From contig OZ024743.1 of assembly GCA_964016885.1 (NCBI GenBank), forward strand, positions 169,136,001 through 169,200,000: a stretch of DNA of 64,000 nucleotides. Direction: 5' to 3'. Shown here piece after piece: positions 10,807-23,231 of the stretch (positions within the stretch are counted from its first letter, which is position 1; each line of letters begins with the position of its first letter). The DNA comes from Eledone cirrhosa (lineage: Eukaryota). The position numbers were made by a program, and so were the translations under genes. Under the pieces are notes generated by a model. That model saw only the letters and a list, made by a program, of their open reading frames with translations, searched no databases and had not been told where the DNA came from.

Positions 10807-12400
10807 CTAGCTGCAGTACTCGGTAATACCCGGGAAAGGTGGGGTTATTCGCAGTTCCCAGAGTGCGCCTGAAAATGCTAACGAACCTGGGTGCCCATAC
10901 TGGATTTTCTACAGCAACCTTTGCTAGGTGTGTTTATGGCAGATAAATTTTTTGTGTGGAACTATTAATAGCTGTTTCAGTCATAAGTCCTTCTTCCATC
11001 CAGCTTTCTTCATTCAGAGTGAATAAGCTGGGGAAGTTTGAACTCGAAGATATCGAACTTATTCAACAAACTTATGTAAAGAATAGCAAACTTACTGCCT
11101 TAGAGCTCAAGAACAAACACAGAACAATTGAGGAAGTCATCGCAATTATTGAAAAAATTACAACCGAGTAAACATATACAGGTACTGTTCAGCGCCCTGT
11201 ATATCACCCTTTGTAAAGCCCTTCGAATGACTGAAGCAATTCAATAAAAACACCCCGTTTTCCCCCTTTAGTAGACATAACCCGAGAAAAAATACCATAA
11301 TAAGTCGGATTAACAATCAGAAGTGTTGGCCCTAAAGAGGGCCTTGTAATTCACTGTTGCACGGCTTGACTCCCATGGTGACATCAACGGTGGCTTTCAC
11401 ATGCAAATCCTCTCCAGGTCTTCTGTATGCTTTCAGTCTTGACACTAGCTCATGCAACGGAGATCCAGTTGGTGATGTGCAAATGATTAACCGCCTGATC
11501 GAGAGTGCCTATCGGAAAGTTATCGGCCTCTTCGCGGGTCTGGTCCTTGAACTGCTTCATGACGCGACGCCAAGAAGTTGCAGCTTACTGGGGAATCCGC
11601 CGGGAAAGGAAGAAGTAAAAGCATTGAGCTCATCCTTTGTCAAAAGTATAGATTCACTAAACATTAACAATTATGTTTACAAACATATGGGTTTACACAA
11701 AGATTTACAAATACCTGATGACGCAGGACATATAGACAAATAGGCTTAAAATAAGGGTTACAAACAGACAGATTTATGAATGCATGAAACAATTGATTGT
11801 GGTTGAGGATTATCAGTTTTGCAGAGCCTCTGGGTAAACAACATTATTGTCCTTGCCCTACAGAGCATAAATGAACAAATTATTTGGATTACCGACTCTT
11901 GAACAACCTAGTGTTAAGGTTGCAAGCAAAAAGACTGTTGTTTAAGTGAAAACGAATGGAATTACGTTTAAAAGGACAATTCGTATAATGTGAATTCAAT
12001 AGGGGACGTTTATATACCAAGAACAATCTTCCCATGATCCGACACCTCGATATATCGACAAAATAAACTCATTTCTAATCAGTTGTTGCCTCGTTTTGGA
12101 GGACTGAGTTGTGGGAGGAGGAAGGTGAGTAATGAGTGTGTGTGTGTGTGGGGGGGGGGGGTTAACATAGAGTAGTAGTATCTCTTCTTCCCCCTCTCTC
12201 ACTGAAACGTATTCTCTTTCCTCCTCCATTGTAAAAATGTCCCCAGGGGTTCCATTATGGATTTTTATTGAAATCCAATTAGCCAGTCCTATTTCTGAAT
12301 ATTAGCTTAATATGTGTGGATCAGATCACTGGTGTAGGCGCCAACTGGTTATACACAGATACAAAGATACACAGACAAAAATTGCCATTTATATAGTAGA
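10807..12400 (-). mobile_element. Non-autonomous Helitron-like element with captured internal sequence
   Basis: Minus strand begins A|TCTACTATATAAA and ends with hairpin CCCGGGTATTACCGAG...GCTAG|T. Same terminal grammar as 48508-49405. Confidence 0.6.
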
Positions 12401-12944
12401 TATTAAGGTTAAAATGCAGTTAATATCTGTCATTATTAAAAAATCATGCGATTTTATGTTAAAAAATTGTCATGTTGATAAGCTATCTTTTAATAATTTA
12501 TTACATTAAAGAAATACACATTCTCTCTAAAACAAATTTAGTTTCATTTAGTAACTTATTGAATTTAGTGTGGTAAGGATTGTCCGTAAAATACTGTTAT
12601 GATTACGCGACAAAATAAGTTAGGTACCCACTGCTCTTGTGTGTGTGTGTGTCTATTTTTCTTTTAATACTTTCAGTCATATGTTGGGGCACAGACTTAA
12701 TTGAGTCCATCATATCGAACTTAGTACTTTAACTTTTTTTCCGAATTGCTCGGTTACGAGACATAAACACCGATATATAGAAGAGGACAAAGAAAAAGGA
12801 AAATGCAAAATTAATAAAAAAAATTCTCGTTCATGAGGTTTAGAAGATGTAAGGGAAATAACTCCGAAATGTCAATTTTGAATAAGTTCCCTTGAAAAAA
12901 TATTTTCTTGTGATTTAAACTGCGGTAAATTAGGCTGTAAAGTA

Positions 12945-13085
12945 AATGACTGGTACTTTATTTCATTGATTCCTGGAAGGATTAAAGGCAAAGTTGACCT
13001 CGGTGAAATTTGAATTCGGAATGTAAAGAGGTTATACAAATTCCGCATGACATTTAGACGTACTATCAATTCTGCCAATCCATTC
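12945..13085 (-). mobile_element. Degenerate tRNA-derived SINE
   Basis: TGGTACTTTATTT...AAAGGCAAAGTTGACCTCGG...TTTGAATTC...CTGCCAATCCA. Confidence 0.7.
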
Positions 13086-13179
13086 TTTTATTTACCACAG
13101 GTGATGCATGAAGAGATTAACGGTGAGGTTTTTCGCAGAATCAATTATGAACAAATAAATAAAAGAAAACAAACTCGTA

Positions 13180-14410
13180 TTGAAAACAAAAGTATACAAA
13201 AGGATTGAAATGTGAACGTTCCAATAAGGAAACCGCTATCCCTACCTAAGGCTAATGAGTAACTCCACAGATCCAGGATTACCTTCCTTATTGTGTTCTC
13301 TGACCAACAGGTACTTGCTGAAATTAGTCCCATTCATATAAGTCATACTCAGCACTCTGACTCACCTTTCTGCAAATTCACTGGAGGCAGCAACTTCCTC
13401 ACCACTTTCTATTCGCGTTGATGAGGGCGTAACTATCTCCACTCCTTTCAAGCTTGTCCCCCATAAAATCTTCTTTGTTATGGCCACCAGAAGGAAACGG
13501 AGTGATCATCCTCACTTTAGCTGTGGCTTATAGTTGGATCAGTCCTGCACATCACAACTTTTTAGCATAACTGTTCAAGCCAGCCATATACGAACAATGA
13601 ATGAGTGCAATTAGAATGGTTCTGCTGATCTGCACGAATCTGGGACAGGTCCGGCTGCTATAGACGAAGAATTTCTTGAAGTTGTCTATAAAGCCAAGGC
13701 TGATAATCCTCTCGAATAGACTAATTGATTCTCGTCGATTAAGAGATTCTTCTCAAGAAAGTCGTAGTTCTTACCCTCCACTAACCCTCTATAGAAAGTC
13801 GCTGCTTTTGCCCACCAGTAAACCTCTGTAGAAAGTCGTCGCACTTATCCACTACTAACCTTCTATAGAAAGTTGTCGTTCTTTTCCATAAACCCTCAAC
13901 AGAATGCAAGAGTTGGTGTAACTCGTCTGCTTTGTCCGAATGGTACAGGACTGAGGGTGCTTTTATGTCATTTTGGTCTGTGTTGGTCTAAGACATCAGC
14001 TCCATGAAATAGACTGTGAGGGAATATTCATGCCTTTCAAACGGAGCCCACATCTTCTCGTCCACCAGAAACTTCTACTGAGACATCTGTGAGAAGATGC
14101 TGGCAGTGGATGAATCTTCTGACCAGTGAAACCCAACCTTTCCATTAGAAGCGAATGGGTAAGCTCTCCAGTTTGGTCCACAGCAAACAGGTGCATGACA
14201 CGACGGTCTGGTGTAATTGATAACGAGGAGGTGATGTATACGTTCACTTCACCTGCTCAATTGTTCAGGGATAGTTTCCTCTCAGTCCATTTCTGGATAA
14301 GATTTAACACTCGCATCATAACTTCGCCGAAGTTCCTATTCACGTGGAGATCTGGTTCTAAACAGACTCCAAGCATCTTAAGTAGATCTTCGATGTACGA
14401 CGCTGGCCGG
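13180..14410 (-). mobile_element. Old non-LTR retrotransposon (Tx1/L1-like ORF2, post-RT region) fragment
   Basis: Translation KMLGVCLEPDLHVNRNFGEV..VLNLIQKWTERKLSL..NVYITS resembles the Tx1/L1 post-RT 'LG...W..R.LSL.GR' motif. Heavily decayed. Confidence 0.55.
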
Positions 14411-14609
14411 CATGGTCTTTCCAAATCCGAGTTGCAAACTGGTAAATGTGTGTTATTTCTAGCAAGTCGGGTACTCTCATGTCCCCAATAATAGAGGAGG
14501 GGTGGAGGAGGCAATTTTTCTAGGTTATCTCCTTTGATTTTTTTAAAGAACCATAATAGGTGGATGGATGAATGGGTGGGTGAATGTGTGGATGGATGGG
14601 TAGATGTTT

Positions 14610-15215
14610 GGATGGTGTTGCAGTTGACAACCAAATTTGATCCATCTCAAATAGCTGGTCAGACAATTGTTTACAACTTAAGCAGTGTATATTTGCATGT
14701 CAACACAGGGAACTTCCACTCAATCATTCAACATGAAAGAAGAACCAGCCAGTTCTTCCTCAAAACACACCCTACAATCTTATATATTATAGTCGCAGAT
14801 ATCTCTAAAAGTACAGCTAGGCTGCGGCTGGAATACTTTTGACCATATGTCCGCTCAATCAAAGTTGACCTGAGGCTAAACACTAACAGCAGCAGGCACA
14901 TGAATCAACAATGGAGCCTCTACATGGTTAGTTGAACTGCAGAAAATAGCACAAATCAGATTAGACCTTTAACACAAAAATGAAAGGAAACATTAGAAAA
15001 TGGTATGTTCACGGCTGGAATGTATTTGACACCTCCCACCTTTACCAAAGCTAATTTGGGGCTAAAAACAACAAAAGCATAGAAGCCAACTTTGTCATTC
15101 GATCCACTAAAAACTGCAACCAAATTTCCCTCAATTCACAGCAACCCATTTTATATAACAAATACTCATCTAGAGCATCTTTGATCATAGGTGACATGCG
15201 ACTGAATAACAACAC
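14610..15215 (+). repeat. Cluster of decayed copies of an interspersed repeat 3' end (...GGCTGGAATG..TTTGATCATAGG...GGGGCTAAACAACAAC)
   Basis: The motif recurs 3-4 times here and again at ~16755-16910. Confidence 0.55.
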
Positions 15216-16394
15216 CAGATATACATAAATACGTTAAGCAGTAAACTGTACCTGGGAGACATGAATTGGCAGAGTCATTAGAGCAAAATGTATTGCAGTA
15301 ATTTGTTCCAGTTCGATGCGCTTTGAGGTTAACATTGCCTTTCAGCTTTTCGGGGTCAATTTAATTAGATGCTCATCTGGAGCAGTGGATTGGCGGAATT
15401 ACTAGAACATCGGACGAGATTATTTGTGGTATTTATTCCAGCTCTATAGGTTCTGAGTTCTTGTGTGCCACCTGATTTAACACCACCGCTAGGTTCCAGG
15501 TTTATCTGCCACCTGGTTTAACACCACCGCCAGGTTCCAGGGTGCTTGTAGTTAAGTTCAGTCTATTTCAAACATCTTGCTGTGTCTCCCTTTTGTCCAT
15601 CAATTTCGAAGGCCCTGAAAATATGAAAGAGTCGTGGTAGTCCTTCCCTGACTAAATAGTAAAAGTTAAAAATAAGAATACATATGCATTTCACATAACA
15701 TACTCACACGAGTACTTCCTTTGTCAAAATCACATCTACAAAAGCATCACACCTTAGATAATGAGGCCACCAAGACGAGCTTTGGCAATTTATGGATCAA
15801 GGAGGCTATTCTTATCAACAGGTATACATCTATGAATCTATGACTAACAACAGATCTGGATTACATGGTTATCACTAGCTACTGCGACTATGTTGTAGTG
15901 GTTTGGAGAGCCTCTTAGACATTTTCGGTTGCTCCTTCGGGATCTTGTACAAGGGGTGTATCTAGCATCCATTACAGATTGCAGCAATTGTTTTTCGTTT
16001 AGCGTTTAGGGTGTTCACATGGCTGGCAAAAATGAGTTGTACCTATAGTTCAAAAGGCCAGCCTTGTCACATTGTGTCATGTAGAATCTCCCTGAGAAAT
16101 ACGTTAAGGGTACACGTATCTGTGGAATTATCAGTCACGTGCATGTTAATTTCACAAACAGGCTGTTCAGTTGTTCGATCACCTGGAACAACAAATAGTT
16201 GTTTTGTGGTGACCACCGAAAACAAGTGTTGGAAATGTTGCTCCATCTCTTGTGTTTGAAGCCGTTAACTTCTACCCCCTTTTTGGAAATTGTTTCGTAT
16301 TGTTAATTCGATTACCTGTGTCACAACATTTGTGATTAACAGAGTAAAACTCGTTCCGTATTTAGTCTGTATCTCACTAGTAGGGAAGGCTAAT

Positions 16395-16705
16395 CTATTT
16401 ATCTATCTATCTATTCATCTATCTAGTCATCTATTCATTTATCCACCCATCCACTCTACCACCCATCCATTTATCCACTCAACCATCCATCTACCCATAT
16501 ATCCACCAATCCAACCATCCACCCACCCATCCATCCACCAATTCACACATCCACCTATCCATCCACCCTCCTATCCATCCAACCACCCCTCTAACCAATA
16601 ACCCACCCTCCCATCCACCCACCTATCCATACAACCACCCATCCATCCACCCATCTACCCAGTCACCCACCCTCCCATCGTTCCACCCATCCATTTATCT
16701 ATCTA
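16395..16705. repeat. (ATCC/ATCT)n microsatellite
   Basis: Degenerate CATC/TATC tetranucleotide run. Confidence 0.9.
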
Positions 16706-17671
16706 CATAATCCTCTATAGAAACCCATTAGCATACCTCGTTAGTGCGAGCCATTACGTGGTCGATGAATTTACTGAAATTGCAACTAGATTTCCATCAA
16801 ATCTCATTGTATTGTTTTTTTTTTAAAGGACACATTAAATAATATTTTAAGATCGGAATGCCATTAACGATCGATCTGTTTGATCAGGCTCGACGTGGGA
16901 CTAAACAACCGCAACAAATACTTAGTGTGGTTGATGTGAGGATCGGTAGAGCGCTAATCCGATTCTTGTCGCAGACCATCACTAATCTTCCAATTCGAAT
17001 AAAAGTATCTAATCAGTAACACATACAAGGTCTGTGGTCTGTAAAAAAAGTATCTTACCCTTGACTGGGGGGAATTGTGTATTTGTTAGTGTTCAATTAT
17101 TAATTCTTTTCGAAGTAGTCCCGTTGTGTCTTCACATAGCCCAGCGATCTTTCCAGTGTTGATACAGCTTTGTTTCCCTGTCGTCCCTGTACATCTGCGT
17201 CTCATCATCAGTTGTCACGGTATTTAGGGACTCAGTATTGGCAGGATTGGGTGAAATAAAAATGTGATAGCAACTGATACATGTAATGAGCTCGCCAAAA
17301 TCACATATGTGCATGAATGTATGCAGCTTAACTCTACACAGTTCTGTATCCTTTTTCAACATAATTAATATTACACTTGGTTTAACCCATCTAAAAGTTT
17401 GACATGTTCTTTGCTATTAGAAACAAATAATTACGTTTGCACCGAGTGCTTGCGAATAAATATGATTGGGTGTATTTAATTGAAACAACGAGGTATTTGA
17501 AATACAGTAATGAATTATCTTAATTTACTTTAATGATTTTACTAAGTGCTTCGCAGTATAAGTATGTATGTATGGATACATACATACATCAGCAGAAAAA
17601 ACACAGTTACATAAGACGAACAGACAGATGCTGTGTTCCTGATACTATTTTAGCAGTATTAGTTATAGATG

Positions 17672-17856
17672 AGGCGGTGGATTGGCAGTATCGGTAGAGG
17701 GTCGGAAGCCATGCTTTCCAGCATAGTTACGTCCCTTTACGATCTGAGTTCAAATCCCGCCGGGGTTGACTTTGCCTTTCATCCTTACGGGGTCGATAAA
17801 ATAAAGTACCAGTAATGCACTGAGTAATTGCTGGCCTTGTGCCTAAAGTAGAAACA
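17672..17856 (+). mobile_element. tRNA-derived SINE inside the Gypsy 3' LTR
   Basis: TSD ATTAGTTATAGATG at 17658-17671 and 17857-17870. Absent from the 5' LTR. Confidence 0.93.
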
Positions 17857-18342
17857 ATTAGTTATAGATGTTATTGTGATACGAGTGACATAATAATGAT
17901 TTCAACAGCAGAAATTAGAGATGAAATATATGTTTATTTTTGATGTAGCACAAACAATGGTGTGGTACAGAGGCTGGTTTCTGGCGTGTGATCAGTCGGC
18001 TTTTCAGTGGCTGTCTGTTTTTTTCTTTCTCGCGTTCTCAACCAGCGTTGTTCTATCAAGAGGCGTGAGGCGTCTTACTACAGTATCCCCTGCCAGATTT
18101 TCAAATTATCGAAAATCGATGTCATTACTCACATGTGGAGTAAGATGGCGAACAATGCAACAAGGGGGAGCTATTCGCTCTACCAAAAATTGAATCCAGA
18201 ATAAGGATTTGAAAAATGTTAAAAAAAACAAACAACATGCATGCATAAAAAAACAAGGCAAAGAAAAAGCAGGAACACAGAGGCAAAAAAAAGGTGCAGC
18301 TAACATAGTCTAAATATAGACGGTGCTGCAAAATATTTTGGG

Positions 18343-21300
18343 TCAGTGGACCCTACGACCTGAACGGATCGTGGTCTTGTAACGTGGCGATGGTGGTGGT
18401 GTAGGGACAGGCGATGATGGTGGTTCAGGAACAGGCGTTCGCTCAACAGGCAAATACGAAGGGGTTCGTGGATCAGGAACCACAGCGTCCGTGTCAAGGT
18501 GCGCCTGCTTAAGCCTGTCTATTGTAACTGTCTCCCTGGACCCCTTAATATCTAACGTGAAATGCTTAGCCGAGCGCGCTAAGACACGGTAAGGTCCAGT
18601 GTAAGGCTGTGTGAGCGGGGGCTTCACAGAATCTTTCCTTACAAAGACATGCGTCCACGAGGCAATATCCCTCGGGACAGCAGTCTTGACAGTTTGTTTC
18701 CTAGTGTCCATTGGCGGCAAATCCTGGAAATAGGAGCGCAAACGGGACACGTAGGAAGCGTGATCTTGGGCATCAAGATCGATAGGAGAAAGCATTTGCC
18801 CGGGCAACGTCAGAGGGGCACCGTACAGTACTTCGGCCGGTGAAAATCCAAAGTCGACCTTCACCGTTGACCGAATCCCTAGTAGCACAATAGGGAGGTA
18901 CTCGCTCCAATGCGCCGAGTCCATTGAGGCCATTAAGGAGGCCTTCAGTTGTCGGTGAAAACGCTCCACCATACCATTCGAAGCGGGGTGGTACGCCGTA
19001 GTTCTAATGCGTTTAGCACCAATTAATTTTGACAGCTCGAGGAAAAGGCTCGACTCGAACTGTCGTCCACGGTCGGTAGTTACTGTGGATGGAACTCCAT
19101 AACGAGAGATCCATCCAGACACAAAGCACGTGCTGTTGTCTCCGCGGTGATGTTTTTCAAGGGGATGGCCTCAGGCCATCTCGAAAAACGGTCAATGACG
19201 GTCAGCAGATAAGAAAAACCGTCGCTGACAGGCCAAGGTCCCACTATGTCAATATGAATATGTGAAAAACGCGCATCTGGATTAGCAAACGTACCCAGGG
19301 GAGCCTTGACGTGTCGATGGACCTTTGATCTCTGGCAAGCGACGCAGGAACGGCACCAAGCAGCAATTTCACGCCTCATATTTGGCCAGAAAAATCTAGC
19401 TGATATGAGCTTTGCTGTGGCAGAAGATCCTGGATGCGAGATACTATGTACTGCCAGAAACACGGTCCGACGATGATTCTCTGGAACGAAGGGTATAGGC
19501 ACGTCGAAAGAGACGTCGCAGAGAATTTGGCCAACTGCAGTCGACAGAGGCAAGTATTTCATCTCGCAATTCGCAAACTCAGGCGATGTAACATCCAATC
19601 ACTCAAGGGGAGGCTGATCCACAGCCAAACGAGTCAGATCTATGTCAGAGGATGACGAGATTGCTGTCACGGGTAAGCGGGACAAAGCATCGGCCGCTGT
19701 ATTTAGTGAACCCGGAATGTGCTGGATATCACTCGTATATTGCGAGATGAAATCAAGGTGTCTCGTCTCTCTGGGCGAGTATTTATCAGCCTTCGCTCTC
19801 AAAGCAAAAGTCAATGGTTTATGGTCAGTGAGGATAGTAAATTGTCTACCCTCTAGCACATGTGAAAAATGTTTCACGGCCAAATAGATGGCTAAAAGCT
19901 CTCTTCCAAAGGTGCTGTAGCGCGTCTCAGCAGGTTTCAGCTTTCTGGAAAAAAAACTCCAGCGGTTGCTGGTAACCATTGATGTTTTGCTGTAGTACTG
20001 CGCCCACAGCGATATCCGATGCATCAACACAAAGCGTTAGCTTTGCACCGGGTACCGGGTGAGTCAGTAACGAAGCATTAGCCAAAGCAGTTTTGGCGTG
20101 CTGAAAATCAGCAAGTTGAGTGTCTGTCAAAGAAATATCTTTGTTCTTCCTCCGACAATTTTTCAAAATTTCTGTCACGGAGAAAAGCAATTTTGCACAA
20201 TTTGGCACGAAACGCCTATAAAAGTTAATCAGACCTAAGAACTGGCGTAACTGACGTAGTGACGTCGGTGGAGGCAAATCGTCTATGACCTTAACTCGCT
20301 CAGGCCGGGGTCGAATACCGTCAGCATCGATGACGTGACCCAAGAAAGTCAGTGACTCAGCACCAAAAACACATTTGGGTGCATTAAGCTGCACGTTATA
20401 CGCCTTCAATCGGTGGAAAAGAAGATTCAAATGGTGCGTATGTTGCTCTTGAGAAGAACTAGCAATGAGCAGGTCGTCAATATAGGTATAGACGAAATCG
20501 AGGCTGCGAGTAACCTCATCCATAAACCGCTGAAAAGTACTAGCGGCATTCCTTAATCCGAACGGCATAGTCAAAAACTCGAATGACCCAAATGGCGTAA
20601 CTATAGCCGTTTTAGGAATGTCATTTTTATGGACAGGAATTTGATGGTACGCACGAATTAAATCTAGTTTGGAGAATACCTTGCATCCCTGCAACGAAGA
20701 CGCAAAGTCTTGCAGATGAGGGATAGGATAACGGTCCGGTTCCGTCATTGAATTTAAACATCGATAATCTCCAGTAGGTCTCCAATCGCCAGTCGCTTTC
20801 GGTACCATGTGTAATGGTGACGCCCTCGGGCTCGTGGACGGACGAATAATCCCCAACTGCAGCATATGATCAAACTCTGATCGTGCTGCTTTGAGTTTGT
20901 CCGGAGGCAAGCGACGAGGACGAGAAATAACGGGAGCACCAGTTGTAGTTATGAAGTGCTCCGTGGTATGAGTTGGCTCATCAACTCGAAAATTTCCCTG
21001 AGTCAGTTGCGGGAACGAGTTCAACAACGCATGGTAAGTATCGCCGGTGTTAGCAAGAAAAAAGGTCGGGCTAACCGTTGGAACTCCTGCTGCCTTGCCA
21101 ACAACAGAAAAACCAGTGATGTCATCAATTAGGCGTTTACGACGGAGGTCCACCGTCAATGAAAAATGGTGGAGAAAATCCGCGCCTAGAATCGGATACG
21201 GCAAGGCAGCGACAGTAAAAATCCATTTAAACTCACGCTGCAGATTACGGAACTGCAAAGGTAGCGAGATTTGTCCGAAGGTTCGAATCGGCGAACAATT

Positions 21301-21504
21301 TACTGCCTGCAACTCAATAGGTGACTCAGGGAGAGTCTCCTTCATACAACACACAGGCCATATTGAACAAGCTGCACCTGTGTCAACCAGAAAGGCTCTA
21401 CCTGATAGCAGGTCCTCAATAAAAAAGTGGCGGTTGGATGATGTTTCGCAGAGCGCACTATCCGCCGTTAGTGACTCTGGTCGTCGTTTCCCTTGTAAGC
21501 ACAA
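18343..21504 (-). pseudogene. pol: Gypsy pol: protease, RT, RNase H, integrase (2 frameshifts and 1 stop)
   Basis: FLVDTGA (protease), YIDDLL (RT), VDAS...RYSTFGRELLA...TDHKPL (RNase H), H..SHPG...C..C (IN zinc finger), DDE. ORF pieces 19927-21504, 19599-20030, 19080-19598, 18343-19122. Confidence 0.93.
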
Positions 21505-22243
21505 GGAGGCCTACAACGGGCGGCTTTGTCACCATATTTGTCATGGTAATAAAAATATGATAGATTTCAAGATTTGGAACGGCTACGGCGCCGAGGAGTT
21601 GAATAAGATCGTGAGCGGCTCCTCTGCCGTCCAAAAGACCTGAGTTCCTGGCACAACTCCGCCATTTGACGAGTCATGGCTTCCATAGTTTTGACCAACT
21701 TCTCATCACTCGCTGATGAGCGCGATTGAGGAAGATAAGAGGAAGCAACGTACTTTTGCTTCGAAGTGTCTCTCTTCGTCACTTCTACTATTTTGTCGGC
21801 AGAGACAGCAATGTGGTCGAGTGTGTTTAACTCTAGCATATGGGCTAGGATCGCCTGTACCTCTTGAGGTAGGCGAGAGAAGAACAATTGCTTCAGGAAA
21901 GGGCTATCCTGATCTTGGGAATCACTCAATTCACGCAAATGCCGGAGAAAAGCGGTAGCGGTTCTCTCACCTAATCGTTCGTCCTCGATAAATGACCGAA
22001 AACGACTCTCTACCGATTTACAGTTCCTTCTCAAGATCTCACCTTTTAAAGAATCATACGTTAAGTCAGAGGGGGGTCTGTAATTAGGTCTTGGACCGAA
22101 TCTGCTAAATTAGGGGGAAGTCCGCTAATCAAGACAGCGAGGCGCTGGTCAGACTCGGTCTTACAGACCGTAAAATACGCCTGTAGCTGGGCGAACCACA
22201 GCTTAGGGTTTCCGGTAAAGGTGGGCAAATGTGGCGTATTCAT
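21468..22243 (-). pseudogene. gag: Gypsy gag, copy A (pol-proximal)
   Basis: MNTPHLPTFTGNPKLWFAQL..., zinc-knuckle-like YYHDKYG...CRPPC, slippery GGGAAAC at 21486-21492 before the stop. One frameshift and one stop. Confidence 0.85.
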
Positions 22244-22453
22244 TGTGAAACGACTAAAAAAAAATAGAAACAGCAATTAATGTTCCCTCGTACAGGGAAA
22301 AGTAAACACCCAAAATGGAAAAAAAGATCAACGGTCAAAAAGAAACAGACATTCAAAACATTAGGAAATAGCAAAAATACATAAAGTACATATATGTTTT
22401 TAAAAAAATTTGTTTTTCCTTCAACGTCTGTCCCCTTGTGACTCTGGTCACCG

Positions 22454-23231
22454 TTAGTGACTCTGGTCGTCTTTTCCCTCGTAAACACAAGGAGGCCTAC
22501 AATGGGCGGCTTTTTTACCATATCTGTCATGGTAATAACAATATGGTGTTTCTGGTGTGTTGGAAGGACTACGGTGGCGAGGAGTTGAATAACGTCGTGA
22601 GCGGCTCCTCTGCCGTCCAAAAGACCTGAATTCCTGGCACAACTCCGCCATTTGACGAGTCATGGCTTCCATTGTGGTGATTAATTTGTCATCAGACGCT
22701 GATGAGCATGATTGAGGAAGAGAAGAGGAAGCAACGTACTTTGGCTTCGAAGTGTCTCTCTTCGTCACTTCTACAATTTTGTCAGCAGAGACAGCAGTGT
22801 GATCAAGGGTATTTACCTCTAGCATATGGGCTAGGATCGCCTGTACCTCTTCAGGTAGGTGAGAGAAGAACAATTGCTTCAGGAAAGGGCTATCCTGATC
22901 TTGGGAATCGCTCAAATCCCGCAAATGCCGGAGAAAAGCGGTAGGGGTTCTGTCATCTAATCGTTCGGCCTCGATCAATGACCGAAAACGACTCTCTACC
23001 GACTTACAATTCCTCCTCAAAATCTCGCTCTTCAAAGACTCATACGTTAAGTCAGAGGGGGGTGTCTGTAATTAGGTCTTGGACCGAATCTGCTAGATTA
23101 GGGGGAAATCCGCTAATCAGTACAGCGAGGCGCTGGTCAGATTTGGTCTTACAGACCGTAAAATACGCCTGTAACTGGGCAAACCACATCTTGGGTTTTC
23201 CAGTAAAGGCGGGCAAATGTGGCACATTCAT
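22454..23231 (-). pseudogene. gag: Gypsy gag, copy B (upstream duplicate)
   Basis: ORF 22454-23035 is a paralog of copy A, ending CYYHDRYGKKAAHCRPPCVYEGKDDQSH*. Confidence 0.85.

Noticed and set aside
21047-21643. 198-aa plus-strand ORF and similar antisense ORFs over Gypsy and CRE coding regions
   Set aside because: Shadow frames opposite real retroelement ORFs.
21713-21719. CTGATGA motifs at 11716, 21713, 22699 and 29482
   Set aside because: No downstream GAAA-stem III-TH or stem I pairing. These are chance matches, mostly inside TE coding sequence.
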